Notes under the pieces: generated by a model | Seen by the model: the letters and a program-made list of their open reading frames with translations, nothing else | Database searches by the model: none | What the model was told of the DNA's origin: nothing | Made by a program: the position numbers and the translations under genes | Shown here: positions 11,017-20,106 of the stretch, piece by piece | How positions within the stretch are numbered: position 1 is the first letter of the stretch | Layout of the letters: the number at the start of each line of letters is the position of its first letter | NCBI GenBank assembly: GCA_965197645.1 | Contig: OZ240219.1 | Coordinates: 3,136,001-3,200,000, forward strand | Source of the DNA: Dehalococcoidia bacterium | GTDB taxonomy: Bacteria; Chloroflexota; Dehalococcoidia; Plut-88900 | DNA: 64,000 nt | Reading direction: 5' to 3'

Positions 11017-11490
11017 ATGAAAGCACTAACTCGGAGGCATCCCTTCGGCCACGTAGATCACGGCAAGAGGTTTTTCGACAGGTTCTTCGATGACTCCCTG
11101 TTCCGACCTTACCGGGTCCGCACATTGACTCTCGAAGACAACCGGGTAACCCTGGACATGTACCAGACGGAGGACGAGATGGTCGTCAAGGCTTCTCTCC
11201 CCGGCCTGACGACCGAGGACGTGGACATCTCCATCGAGAACAACGTCCTGACCATTAGGGGCGAAGCCGATGAGTCCACCGAAGAGAAGCAGGGAGACTA
11301 CATCCTCCGAGAGCGGCACTCGGGCTCCTACAGCCGCAGCGTCCGGCTGCCCAAGAACCTCACAACCGCCAAGACGGAGGCTACCTTCGAGGACGGCGTC
11401 CTGACCGTTACTATTCCCAAGTCGGAAGACGCCAAACCGGAGACGATCAAGGTCAAGGCTGTCAAGAAGAACGGTGGCGAAGAGGCCTAA
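11017..11490 (+). CDS. Hsp20/alpha-crystallin small heat shock protein
   Basis: LPG, ER..GSYSRSVRLP and ATFEDGVLTVTIPK motifs. Confidence 0.95.
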   Translation: MKALTRRHPFGHVDHGKRFFDRFFDDSLFRPYRVRTLTLEDNRVTLDMYQTEDEMVVKASLPGLTTEDVDISIENNVLTIRGEADESTEEKQGDYILRERHSGSYSRSVRLPKNLTTAKTEATFEDGVLTVTIPKSEDAKPETIKVKAVKKNGGEEA

Positions 11491-11535
11491 GGTAGACGAC
11501 TCTATCCGCTGGAGCCGACACAGGGCAAACCTCAG

Positions 11536-11575
11536 GAGGGGCTTTCCGAAGTATCGGAAGGCTCCTCTTCCATTT
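11536..11575 (+). terminator. Terminator-like hairpin after hsp20
   Basis: GAGGGGCTTTCCGA-AGTA-TCGGAAGGCTCCTC followed by TTCCATTT. Confidence 0.6.
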
Positions 11576-11640
11576 GTCGACGGATAGGGTCGATTCTCGA
11601 CCGAAATCTGAGATAATACACGCAAGGCTCGATAAGAAAG

Positions 11641-12852
11641 GTGGAAGCCATGGACCAATGGCAGGCTCTAGCAGAGGGCGTAAACGAGGACCGACTTCTG
11701 AACACGCTGATGGAGATGGTCGCTATACCCTCGCCCTCGGGAGAAGAGGGTAAGATAGGCAGGTTCATCGCCGAGAAATCCCGGGGATGGGGCCTGGACG
11801 TCCAGGTCAAGCCCGTGATCGATGACCGGGTAAACGTGCACGTCGTCCTATCTGCTGAAGAACCCGGGCCCACGTTCCTCTTCAACGGCCACCTGGACAC
11901 GGAGCCACTGGCGCCTGGCTGGACCCTCTCTCCCTTCGAACCCTTCGTGAAAGATGGATACCTATACGGCTCCGACGCCTCCAACATGAAAGCCGCCAAC
12001 TCCGCCATGCTGGAAGCTCTTCTCGTGCTTCGGGAGAAGGGCGCCGTGAAAAAGGGCAAGGTGATAATCACCTTCGTGGCCGGCGAGTGCGACAAGCTGG
12101 GCATAGGGACCCAGCACACCATCAAAGACGGTGTGAAAGCCGATGCCGCGCTGGTGGGAGAGCCCAAAGACCTGCAGGTGCTTACGGCCCACTCGTCCGT
12201 CCTGCAAGCCAAGGTCACCACCCACGGTGTACCGGTGCACGTGAGGAACAGGGAGTTGGGCGTATGCGCCATCCAGAAGATGATGAAAATCATCGGCGCC
12301 CTGAACGATGACATCCTTACGTACACGCCCCAGCCCGACGTGCCGGTGCCTCCCAGGCTGAACGTGGGCTGGATAAAGGGGGGAGCGTTGCCCAGCAGTA
12401 CGGCCCCCTTCTGCGAAGCCATCGTGGAGGTCCGGGGTATCCCCGGCATGTCGGTGGAGGGAGTCATCGAAGACGTGGAGCGGGTCATAGAGAAGCTGCG
12501 GCAAGACGATCCCGAGATCGAAGCGTCGGTTACAGAGCACTCTCCGCTGCCCTTTGGACCGCGCGTTCCCCTATCGACATCACGGGATGAACGAGTTGTG
12601 CGGGTTACGAGCGAGGCCAGCCAGATGGTCACTGGCGAAGAGCCGCGGGCTACTGCACCATCTTCGTACTACGGCTGGTCGGATGCTCCAATCCTTCAGC
12701 AGGCAGGCATACCAACCGTGGTCTGCGGTCCGTTGACCGGCGACCAGGTCAACAAGCCTGACCAGAGGATCGAGTTCGAAAAGATAGTCCAAGCAGCGAA
12801 AGCCTACGCCATAGTAGCCGCCGAGATGACCCAAGGAGGAGACCATGATTAA
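11641..12852 (+). CDS. M20 family metallopeptidase/deacylase (ArgE/DapE-like)
   Basis: NGHLDT, GSDASNMKA and GEP motifs; several canonical metal ligands are substituted. Confidence 0.85.
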   Translation: MEAMDQWQALAEGVNEDRLLNTLMEMVAIPSPSGEEGKIGRFIAEKSRGWGLDVQVKPVIDDRVNVHVVLSAEEPGPTFLFNGHLDTEPLAPGWTLSPFEPFVKDGYLYGSDASNMKAANSAMLEALLVLREKGAVKKGKVIITFVAGECDKLGIGTQHTIKDGVKADAALVGEPKDLQVLTAHSSVLQAKVTTHGVPVHVRNRELGVCAIQKMMKIIGALNDDILTYTPQPDVPVPPRLNVGWIKGGALPSSTAPFCEAIVEVRGIPGMSVEGVIEDVERVIEKLRQDDPEIEASVTEHSPLPFGPRVPLSTSRDERVVRVTSEASQMVTGEEPRATAPSSYYGWSDAPILQQAGIPTVVCGPLTGDQVNKPDQRIEFEKIVQAAKAYAIVAAEMTQGGDHD

Positions 12853-13276
12853 CGACCTGAGCTTTGTGTGTGTTGCAGTCAAAGATATACAGGAGGCCAC
12901 CGGTCGATACCGGGACCTGTTCGGCCTCGAGGTGATGGTGCCGCCCACCGACAATGCCGAGCTGGGATTTCGCAGCACCTACCTGGGCAATGGTGTCAAA
13001 GTGATAATCGAGCTCATCGAACCCCTCGGCGAAAACAGCGCCGTCGGCAGGTTCCTGGAGGCCCGAGGTGAGGGCGTTTATCTGATAACCTTCGAGGTAG
13101 ATAGCCTCCAAGGGGCGGTGAACGGTGTTCGGGCGGAAGGTGGCCGTGTGACCGGCATCCCGGAGGCCCAGGAGGCCGGTGCCGACGACATGGTCTGGGT
13201 GCATCCCAAGAGCACCCACGGGGTGTTCGTCGAGCTCCTGCAGAAGGGCCACGGGCCGATGGACGGTAACCCCTGA
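12845..13276 (+). CDS. VOC-family protein (methylmalonyl-CoA epimerase-like)
   Basis: IELIEP, FLEARGEG, HPKSTHGVFVEL. Confidence 0.85.
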   Translation: MINDLSFVCVAVKDIQEATGRYRDLFGLEVMVPPTDNAELGFRSTYLGNGVKVIIELIEPLGENSAVGRFLEARGEGVYLITFEVDSLQGAVNGVRAEGGRVTGIPEAQEAGADDMVWVHPKSTHGVFVELLQKGHGPMDGNP

Positions 13277-13286
13277 GCCCCCTATT

Positions 13287-13429
13287 GAGCTTGTTTCAAA
13301 AGTACGGTCGTCTTAGTCCCAACCGCCCGCCCTCGGAAGGTTTTGTAGCTGGGGGAACATCCCCCAGACCCCCTGCCAGAGGGAAGTTTCCCTCTGGACT
13401 CCCTCAAAGCAGGGTTCTGAGACAGGCCC
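13287..13429. mobile_element. MITE-like 143-bp element carrying repeat modules A and B
   Basis: Imperfect 15-bp TIRs GAGCTTGTTTCAAAA / reverse complement GGGCCTGTCTCAGAA (11/15), flanked on both sides by TATT. Confidence 0.6.
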
Positions 13430-13435
13430 TATTGC

Positions 13436-13464
13436 TTGACAATATATTGGCCCTCTGCTAGCAT
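13436..13464 (+). promoter_or_regulatory. Sigma70-type promoter of the thrC operon
   Basis: TTGACA-17 nt-TAGCAT. Confidence 0.7.
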
Positions 13465-13533
13465 CTAGGCCGTTTTTGACCCGACAGGAGGTGGGTCTCC
13501 TCCCCGGATGTCACACTCCTAGAACGCTCCGAA

Positions 13534-14760
13534 ATGTCATACGCAACCGCGCTGAAATGTAAAGAGTGCACCAGGGAATACGCCCTGGAGCCGACTAACG
13601 TATGTGAGTTCTGCTTCGGGCCCCTTGAAGTGGTCTACGACTACCCGGCCATTGCGCGCAAGGTGAACAGGGAGAGCATCGAGGCCGGCCCCCACACCAT
13701 GTGGCGCTACCGGGACTTCCTTCCCGTGAACGGGGGCAAGGTAGTGGACCTGGGCACGGGTTTCACGCCCCTGCTCAAGGCCGACAACCTGGGGCGAGAG
13801 CTGGGCCTGGACAACCTTTACCTCAAGAACGACTGTGGTAACCCCTCCCACTCCTTCAAGGACCGGGTGGTGGGAGTCGCCAGCACGAAGGCCCGAGAGT
13901 TCGGGTTCGATACCATCGCCTGCGCCTCCACGGGCAACCTCGCCGGCTCCGTAGCCGCCCACGCGGCGAAAGCAGGCCTCAAGGCCTACGTCTTCATTCC
14001 CGCCGACCTGGAGCTGGGCAAAGTGGTCTCCGCGGCCATATACGGACCCACCTTGGTGGCGGTCAAGGGCAGCTACGACGAGGTCAACCGGCTTTGCAGC
14101 GAGCTGGCCGACAAGTACCGGTGGGCCTTCGCCAATATCAACGTGCGGCCCTACTACTCGGAGGGTAGCAAGACCCTGGGATTCGAGGTGGCGGAGCAGC
14201 TTGGGTGGCGTACCCCCGACTGGGCCGTAGTACCCGCAGCATCTGGATCTCTGCACACCAAGATATGGAAGGGCTACGAAGAGCTGGCCGAGGTGGGTAT
14301 CATCGATCCTCCCAAGACCCGCATGGCACTGGCCCAGGCCCGGGGCTGCTCGCCCATCGTTACTGCCTTCGAAGAGAACCGGATGGAAGTCAAGCCGGTG
14401 AAGCCGGACACCCTGGCCAAGTCTCTGGCCATCGGCAACCCGGCGGACGGATACTACGCGCTGAAGACCATCGAGGAGACCGATGGCTACGCGGCCGCGG
14501 CCACGGACCCCGAGATCGTAGAAGGGATGGCCATGCTGGCCCGCACCGAGGGCATCTTCGCCGAAACGGCGTCGGGAGTGGTCATATCATCCCTGAAGCA
14601 GATGGCGAAAAAGGGCGTCATCAAGCGGAACGACCTTACGGTAGCCTACATCACCGGCTCAGGGCTCAAGACCCAAGAGCCGGTGCAGAGCCTGGTCAAG
14701 CAGGTGACCGTAGAGCCTACGCTGGCTTCCTTCGAAGAGCAGATGAACGGCAACCTGTAG
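13534..14760 (+). CDS. thrC: Threonine synthase family PLP enzyme with N-terminal Zn-ribbon
   Basis: CxxC...CxxC, NPSHSFKDR (PLP lysine), CASTGN, SLAIGNP, ITGSGLK. Confidence 0.85.
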   Translation: MSYATALKCKECTREYALEPTNVCEFCFGPLEVVYDYPAIARKVNRESIEAGPHTMWRYRDFLPVNGGKVVDLGTGFTPLLKADNLGRELGLDNLYLKNDCGNPSHSFKDRVVGVASTKAREFGFDTIACASTGNLAGSVAAHAAKAGLKAYVFIPADLELGKVVSAAIYGPTLVAVKGSYDEVNRLCSELADKYRWAFANINVRPYYSEGSKTLGFEVAEQLGWRTPDWAVVPAASGSLHTKIWKGYEELAEVGIIDPPKTRMALAQARGCSPIVTAFEENRMEVKPVKPDTLAKSLAIGNPADGYYALKTIEETDGYAAAATDPEIVEGMAMLARTEGIFAETASGVVISSLKQMAKKGVIKRNDLTVAYITGSGLKTQEPVQSLVKQVTVEPTLASFEEQMNGNL

Positions 14761-14787
14761 CAACGATTTCGATGGGAGCAGCATCAA

Positions 14788-15030
14788 ATGGCTAAGATGC
14801 GGTCCAAGTTCACCTTCCCGCCCAATCTCGTTACCCAACCTATCATCTACGGCCTGGGGAAAAACTTCGACGTGATCACCAATATCCGCCGGGCGGACGT
14901 AACCGAAAACCAGGGCTGGGTGATACTGGAGCTCGAGGGCGAGGAAGCCGAGATCCAGCGAGGCCTGGACTGGGTCAGCGAAAGCGGGGTACGCGTCGAT
15001 CCCGTAGTCGGCGATATCGTCGAAGGATGA
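14788..15030 (+). CDS. NIL domain protein
   Basis: FP..LVTQPIIY, TNIRRADV, GWVILELEG pattern; 80 aa. Confidence 0.8.
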   Translation: MAKMRSKFTFPPNLVTQPIIYGLGKNFDVITNIRRADVTENQGWVILELEGEEAEIQRGLDWVSESGVRVDPVVGDIVEG

Positions 15031-15080
15031 CAGATACTTTATACTGATATTGGCGGTAAGGAATCCAGGAGGTTTACTAG

Positions 15081-15356
15081 ATGAGCGTTACCCTCAAGAT
15101 CCCGACTCCTCTGCGCAAGATGACCAACGGTGTGAGCGACGTTCAGGTCGCTGGGGCAAATCTGTCCGAGTGTATAGGTGACCTCGAGGGTCAGTTCCCC
15201 GGGATCAAAGAGAGGCTTATCAACGACGCCGGCGAACTCCACCGGTTCGTCAACATCTACGTCAACGGCGAGGATATCCGCTTCCTGGAGGGGCTCAAGA
15301 CCTCGATCAAGGAGAACGACGAGGTCAGCATCGTTCCCGCCGTAGCCGGCGGCTAG
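15081..15356 (+). CDS. MoaD/ThiS/CysO-like ubiquitin-fold sulfur carrier
   Basis: IPTPLR, FVNIYVNGEDIR, C-terminal PAVAGG di-glycine. Confidence 0.92.
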   Translation: MSVTLKIPTPLRKMTNGVSDVQVAGANLSECIGDLEGQFPGIKERLINDAGELHRFVNIYVNGEDIRFLEGLKTSIKENDEVSIVPAVAGG

Positions 15357-15369
15357 CTACGAACCCACC

Positions 15370-15725
15370 CCAACCCGTGTTACTTTTCCCTCCCAACCGC
15401 CCTGGGACGTTTACCTTGTATATTGGGGGCACATCCCCCTAACCCCCTGCCAGAGGGAAGCCCTCTGGACTCCCCGGGTACGCCCCTTCGTCATTGCGAG
15501 CCCCGACTCTGTCGGGGCGTGGCAATCTAGCTGGGTTTGGTCGTTGATCCGGTAGAGACCATCCCCACCCCAGGTGGTTCTTCCCACCCGCCCTCCCTGA
15601 GACGTTTCGTGTATAGGGGCACATCCCGCAGCCCCTGCTAGAGTCAGGGCGCGGCCCTGCACCCATAACATGAGATAAGAAGAGGGCGAAGTCCCTTTGC
15701 CGGGAGTCTGAGGGTGTCCCTCAGG
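15370..15725 (-). repeat. Modular palindromic repeat cluster (C-A'-B-REP-A-B) between convergent genes
   Basis: Same modules as 271-510 in a different order, plus a GTCATTGCGAG...GGCAATC element at 15490-15540. Confidence 0.85.
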
Positions 15726-15735
15726 AATTATCTAC

Positions 15736-17466
15736 TTACAGTCCCCGGGCTTCCGCTCTGCGGAGGACGTCTGCGCCGCCGTGCAGCCTGCCCGTCTCCG
15801 GGTTGACTGATACGCCTACCGGCCGGGAGAAGGCGTGCTGCAGGTAGTTGTTCTCCCCCTCTACCATCCGGTGTCCCAAGGAGCTCAACGCCTCGATAGT
15901 CGGTCCGTCCAGGCGGTCGTCGAACAGGGTGTCCATGGCGCTGCAATCTACCCTGGGCGCGGCGATGGCGGCCTGGACTCCCATGCCATGGTCCACCACG
16001 TTCATCACTATCTGGGCCAGCGCGCTTATGATCTTTCGCCCGCCCGGCGCACCTATGCTCAGGAACGGCTTGCCGTCTCGCAGCACTATGAGCGGCCCCA
16101 TGTTCACCAGCGGCCGTTTGAACCCGTCTATCGAGTTGGCTCTACCGGGCGCAGGGTTGAACCACACCATGCCGCTGGCGAACTGGATGCCGGTGCCCGG
16201 ACACACCACCGCCGAGCTGCTGGCCACGGTGTGAGTGCAGGAGACCATATTCCGGTCCCTGTCCACCACGCCCAGGTGGGTCGTGCTGGTCGATGGCGTC
16301 AGGCCCGAAGGTTCGAAGGCACTTTTCGGCCTGGGAGAATCATCGAACTGCCAGGGATCGTGGATGGGGTCTTGCGCATAGGCGAGCCAGGGTTGAAGGT
16401 CACCAGAGTCTTCCAGCGAAGCGCTCCGTCTATCGATACCTGCCGCTATCGACGCTCCATACGCCGGGGCGAGCAGCCCCTTCATCGGCACCGGCACATA
16501 GTCCGGGTCGCCAAGGTGGGAATACCGGTCGGCGAAGGCGTGTCTAGCCGCCTCGATGAACAGATGCAGGTACTGTACGTCGTTGTGCTCCAGGGAACCC
16601 ATGTCGAAGCTGTTCAGGATGGAAAGGGTCTCCAGCTCGGTGATGCCGCCGTTGGGAGCCGTGGCCGAGAGCACCTCGTAACCCCGGTAGTCGAGCTTCA
16701 GCGGTTCAACGATGCGAGCCTCGTAGCGCTGCATGTCCTCCTTGCTGAGCAGCCCATCGTTGGCGCGCATGTCCTCGTCTATAGCCGAGGCTATCTCTCC
16801 CTTGTAGAAGGCGTCCCTGCCTTCCCTGGCGACTCGCCGCAGGATCTGGGCCAGGTCCCTTTGCACAAGTCTGTCGCCGATCTTGGGAGGGAACCCTTTG
16901 TTCAGCATGATCGAGGAGAACTCCCGGAACCTGACTATCCGGTCGATCTCCGAGGCGATCTGGTAAAAGGTATGCCAGTCGATCTCGAAGCCCTCTTCAG
17001 CGTGGTGGATGGCCGGTTCCAAGACCTGCTCCAGCGGTAGGGAACCGTATCTTTCGTGGGCCAAGCAGAACCCGGCCACCGAGCCGGGCACCGACGCCGA
17101 CCTGTACCCGAAGATGTTCTCCGCCCCACGCACGTTCTGGATGCCTATCTCCTCGATGGCGGAGTCCTCCAGCTGGTACACGTCGGCGGTGGCGACCATG
17201 GGAGCTCGGGGCGGAAACTCTACCACTACGCTCTTTCCCTCTGCGGCCATGTGGACCAACATGAAGCCGCAGCCGCCGATGCAGGTCATCATCGGTTCCA
17301 CCACCATGCTGACGAAGGCCGTAGCGACGGCTGCGTCCACTGCATTGCCACCCTGTTTCAGCATTTCCAGCCCGGCCTCGGTTGCCAGCGGGTGGTTGGC
17401 CGCGACCATGCCATGGTCGGATACTGCTTCGTCCTTGGTGACGTGGAGTCTGCTGCGAAGGGTCAT
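15736..17466 (-). CDS. ggt: Gamma-glutamyltransferase family protein
   Basis: GGNAVDAAVA, VPG, TTH nucleophile, GAPGG oxyanion motif. Confidence 0.93.
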   Translation of the reverse strand: MTLRSRLHVTKDEAVSDHGMVAANHPLATEAGLEMLKQGGNAVDAAVATAFVSMVVEPMMTCIGGCGFMLVHMAAEGKSVVVEFPPRAPMVATADVYQLEDSAIEEIGIQNVRGAENIFGYRSASVPGSVAGFCLAHERYGSLPLEQVLEPAIHHAEEGFEIDWHTFYQIASEIDRIVRFREFSSIMLNKGFPPKIGDRLVQRDLAQILRRVAREGRDAFYKGEIASAIDEDMRANDGLLSKEDMQRYEARIVEPLKLDYRGYEVLSATAPNGGITELETLSILNSFDMGSLEHNDVQYLHLFIEAARHAFADRYSHLGDPDYVPVPMKGLLAPAYGASIAAGIDRRSASLEDSGDLQPWLAYAQDPIHDPWQFDDSPRPKSAFEPSGLTPSTSTTHLGVVDRDRNMVSCTHTVASSSAVVCPGTGIQFASGMVWFNPAPGRANSIDGFKRPLVNMGPLIVLRDGKPFLSIGAPGGRKIISALAQIVMNVVDHGMGVQAAIAAPRVDCSAMDTLFDDRLDGPTIEALSSLGHRMVEGENNYLQHAFSRPVGVSVNPETGRLHGGADVLRRAEARGL

Positions 17467-17494
17467 CTGCTCCTCCTGTGCCGGTGAATCGATT

Positions 17495-17710
17495 CTAATC
17501 TACCGTCTCGGGCTCCACTTTGGGCCTTTCGTCCGGGGGGAATATGCCGACAGCATCGGGTTCGAGGCCGTACCGGGCCTTGAAACCTTCCAGCACCGCA
17601 GACTTGATGGTCGAGTGCAACAGGGCCGGTGGCAAGGTCCATTGGTCCTTGAACTTTCCCCAGCTTTCGTCACTGAAATCTATACTGGCCTTGAAGGACA
17701 CTCTTATCAT
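17495..17710 (-). CDS. Small hypothetical protein (71 aa)
   Basis: Fills the gap in a co-directional operon; plausible composition. Confidence 0.6.
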   Translation of the reverse strand: MIRVSFKASIDFSDESWGKFKDQWTLPPALLHSTIKSAVLEGFKARYGLEPDAVGIFPPDERPKVEPETVD

Positions 17711-17735
17711 CGGGCGGCCCCCTATCGGCGGACTC

Positions 17736-18281
17736 TTACGTGCTTAGCTCCATCTTGCCGTTGGCGAAGTGGCGGGTCTTGAGATAGGAAAACCTGGCCA
17801 TGGGCACCGAAATGTCGTCTGGGCAGTGCAGGGCCAGCTCCTCGAAGAAACGGCTGAAGAACACGAAGGCTTCGTGGGCCCCCAGATCGGACTCGGAATA
17901 CAGAAGGATAGGCTTGGAGCCCACGACTGTTTTCAGCTCCTCTTCGATCCGTGGAGCGGGACTGCCGCAGGTCCACAGGGCCAACAGCTGGACTGACCGA
18001 TTATCCAGGACGGTATCCAGGTAGGCATGCAGCAAAGCGGAGTCTTCAACGTCCGGCCCCGGGCCTTGGCCACCGATGAGCAGGCAGTTGAAGGTATGGG
18101 ACTCGAGTAGTGGGGCTAGGGTCTCGGGTGAGGTGGGCTTCAACACACCGTCCCCCTCGACTCGGACCTTTCGCAGCTTCATCGAGCGGAATATCCGCGC
18201 CGACGTCTTGTGCTCCCATCCCCCCAGGTTCTGGGTCGCGTCCACCACCAGCACCCGGGGAGCTCCACTACTAGATGTCAT
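17736..18281 (-). CDS. Hypothetical protein (181 aa, alpha/beta pattern)
   Basis: Starts 15 nt after the aroKB stop on the same strand. Confidence 0.7.
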   Translation of the reverse strand: MTSSSGAPRVLVVDATQNLGGWEHKTSARIFRSMKLRKVRVEGDGVLKPTSPETLAPLLESHTFNCLLIGGQGPGPDVEDSALLHAYLDTVLDNRSVQLLALWTCGSPAPRIEEELKTVVGSKPILLYSESDLGAHEAFVFFSRFFEELALHCPDDISVPMARFSYLKTRHFANGKMELST

Positions 18282-18296
18282 TGGACAGCTCGCCTA

Positions 18297-20012
18297 CTAC
18301 GCCGCCCGCCTCAGCTTGGCGAGGACGTCTCGGACCAGCTCCAACGGCACGTCATCCCGTATGACAGTCTCTCCTATTCCCTGGACAAGCACCCACCTTA
18401 GCGTTTTTCCTCTCACCTTCTTGTCCAGGGTCATCCCTTGGAGTAGCCGGTCTACGCTTACGTCGGGCAGTGAGGTGGGAAGCCGGTACTTCTTCAGCAG
18501 GTTTTCCAGCCGCTCAACCTGCTGGTGGGGCAGGCCCGCAACCCTGTGACTGATGATAGCCGCCCCCATCATGCCGACGGCGACGGCTTCTCCGTGAAGG
18601 TACTGACCGTACCCGGTGGCCGCTTCCAGGCTGTGACCGATGGTATGGCCAAAGTTAAGGATCATCCTCAGGTCGGACTCTCGCTCGTCCTTGCTGACTA
18701 CCTTTCCTTTGAGGGCCGCGCTCCGCATGACCACCTCGGTGGTCCTTTCCCGCTCCAGCCCGCTGATCCGCTGGTGGTCCTGCTCCAACAGGTGCAACAG
18801 CTCCGGGTCCATAATCACGCCGTGCTTGATGGTCTCAGCCCAACCGGAGGTCAGCTCTCGGGCCGGGAGGCTGGAGAGAAGCCCCACGTCGGCGAGCATC
18901 ATCTTGGGCTGATAGAAAGCGCCGATCAGGTTCTTGCCCTGGGGGTGATTGATGGCAACCTTGCCGCCGATGGCCGAGTCGGTCATGGCGACCAGTGTTG
19001 TAGGCACCTGGACAAGATTGATCCCTCGGAGATAGGTGGCGGCGGCGTACCCAGCGAGATCGCCCACTACGCCGCCTCCCATGGCGACGATGGTGCTGCC
19101 CCTCTCAATCCGGTGCTCGACCAGCCAGTCATAGATCTTCCACAGCTCGTCATGGGACTTGCTGCCCTCGCCTGAGGGAACGGAAAGGGAGAGCGCCTGG
19201 AAGCCGGCTTCTCTCAGCGACTCTTGCACTCCATCGTTGTGCAGCGCCATTACCTTCTCGTCACCGATGATTGCCGCCGTGCCTTTCATGCCCAACTCTC
19301 GCATGCGGCGTCCCAACTGGTCCAGAATCCCCCAACCGACGAACACCGGGTACTTGGCGGACGCGGTATCGACCGCGAAGGCCGCTCCCATCTCATCGCC
19401 GTACGGGGCATCGGACTGACAACCCTTCAGCGATGGAGGGGGGAACACGGGCCACTTTTCGGAGGGCCGTTCAAACCTCCGATTGGCGTACCCAACCCCC
19501 TTGACAACCTCATCGATAATCTCCTCAGTGGTGAGGTCGTCCGTGTGGACTGTCCAGTCGGCCATGCCATAGAAGGGATGGCGATACTCTTTCAGGGCCT
19601 CGATGCGTTTGAGAGGGTCCTCGCCCGCCAGTAGCGGTCGCTCTCTGGCTGAGCCGCCGTTGGTGATGTGCCGGCGGAGCCGACCGAACACGGTGGCGGG
19701 CTTGGCTTCCAGGCAGATCACAGCGCCGCTGCCCATCATCAGGTTTCGATTATGGGGGTCCAGTACCACTCCTCCACCCGTGGAAACCACCAGATTGCCC
19801 CTCTGGCAAACATCCTCCAGAACGGCCCGTTCCCAGGCGCGAAACCGTCCTTCGCCTTCGTTGGCGAAGATCTCGGGAATGGGGCGGCCCGCCCGGGAAA
19901 CGATCTCGTCGTCCGTGTCAACGAACTGGCGTTTCATGAGACGGGCCAGCCGTCGTCCCACAACCGACTTGCCGGTGCCCGAAAACCCTATGAGGAAAAC
20001 GTTATGCGACAT
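18297..20012 (-). CDS. aroB: Fused shikimate kinase / 3-dehydroquinate synthase
   Basis: N-terminal GFSGTGKS, STGGG, RPLL; C-terminal GGGVVGD, DSAIGGK, KNLIGAF, LNFGHT. Confidence 0.95.
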   Translation of the reverse strand: MSHNVFLIGFSGTGKSVVGRRLARLMKRQFVDTDDEIVSRAGRPIPEIFANEGEGRFRAWERAVLEDVCQRGNLVVSTGGGVVLDPHNRNLMMGSGAVICLEAKPATVFGRLRRHITNGGSARERPLLAGEDPLKRIEALKEYRHPFYGMADWTVHTDDLTTEEIIDEVVKGVGYANRRFERPSEKWPVFPPPSLKGCQSDAPYGDEMGAAFAVDTASAKYPVFVGWGILDQLGRRMRELGMKGTAAIIGDEKVMALHNDGVQESLREAGFQALSLSVPSGEGSKSHDELWKIYDWLVEHRIERGSTIVAMGGGVVGDLAGYAAATYLRGINLVQVPTTLVAMTDSAIGGKVAINHPQGKNLIGAFYQPKMMLADVGLLSSLPARELTSGWAETIKHGVIMDPELLHLLEQDHQRISGLERERTTEVVMRSAALKGKVVSKDERESDLRMILNFGHTIGHSLEAATGYGQYLHGEAVAVGMMGAAIISHRVAGLPHQQVERLENLLKKYRLPTSLPDVSVDRLLQGMTLDKKVRGKTLRWVLVQGIGETVIRDDVPLELVRDVLAKLRRAA

Positions 20013-20106
20013 CCCTTTCAGTCTACCCGTCCTCCACCGACTCAAGCCACCCTAGTCCACTGTTCGCACGCGAACCCGGCTCTCGACAGGGGCCCAGATA
20101 CGTCAG

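Noticed and set aside
11519-11560. CACAGGGCAAACC resembling the 5' part of a c-di-GMP-I riboswitch
   Set aside because: No GNRA-capped P2 and no GGGACGCAAAGC segment; the sequence runs into a terminator hairpin
18297-20012. AroK-AroB fusion as a novelty
   Set aside because: This fusion is already known in many bacteria
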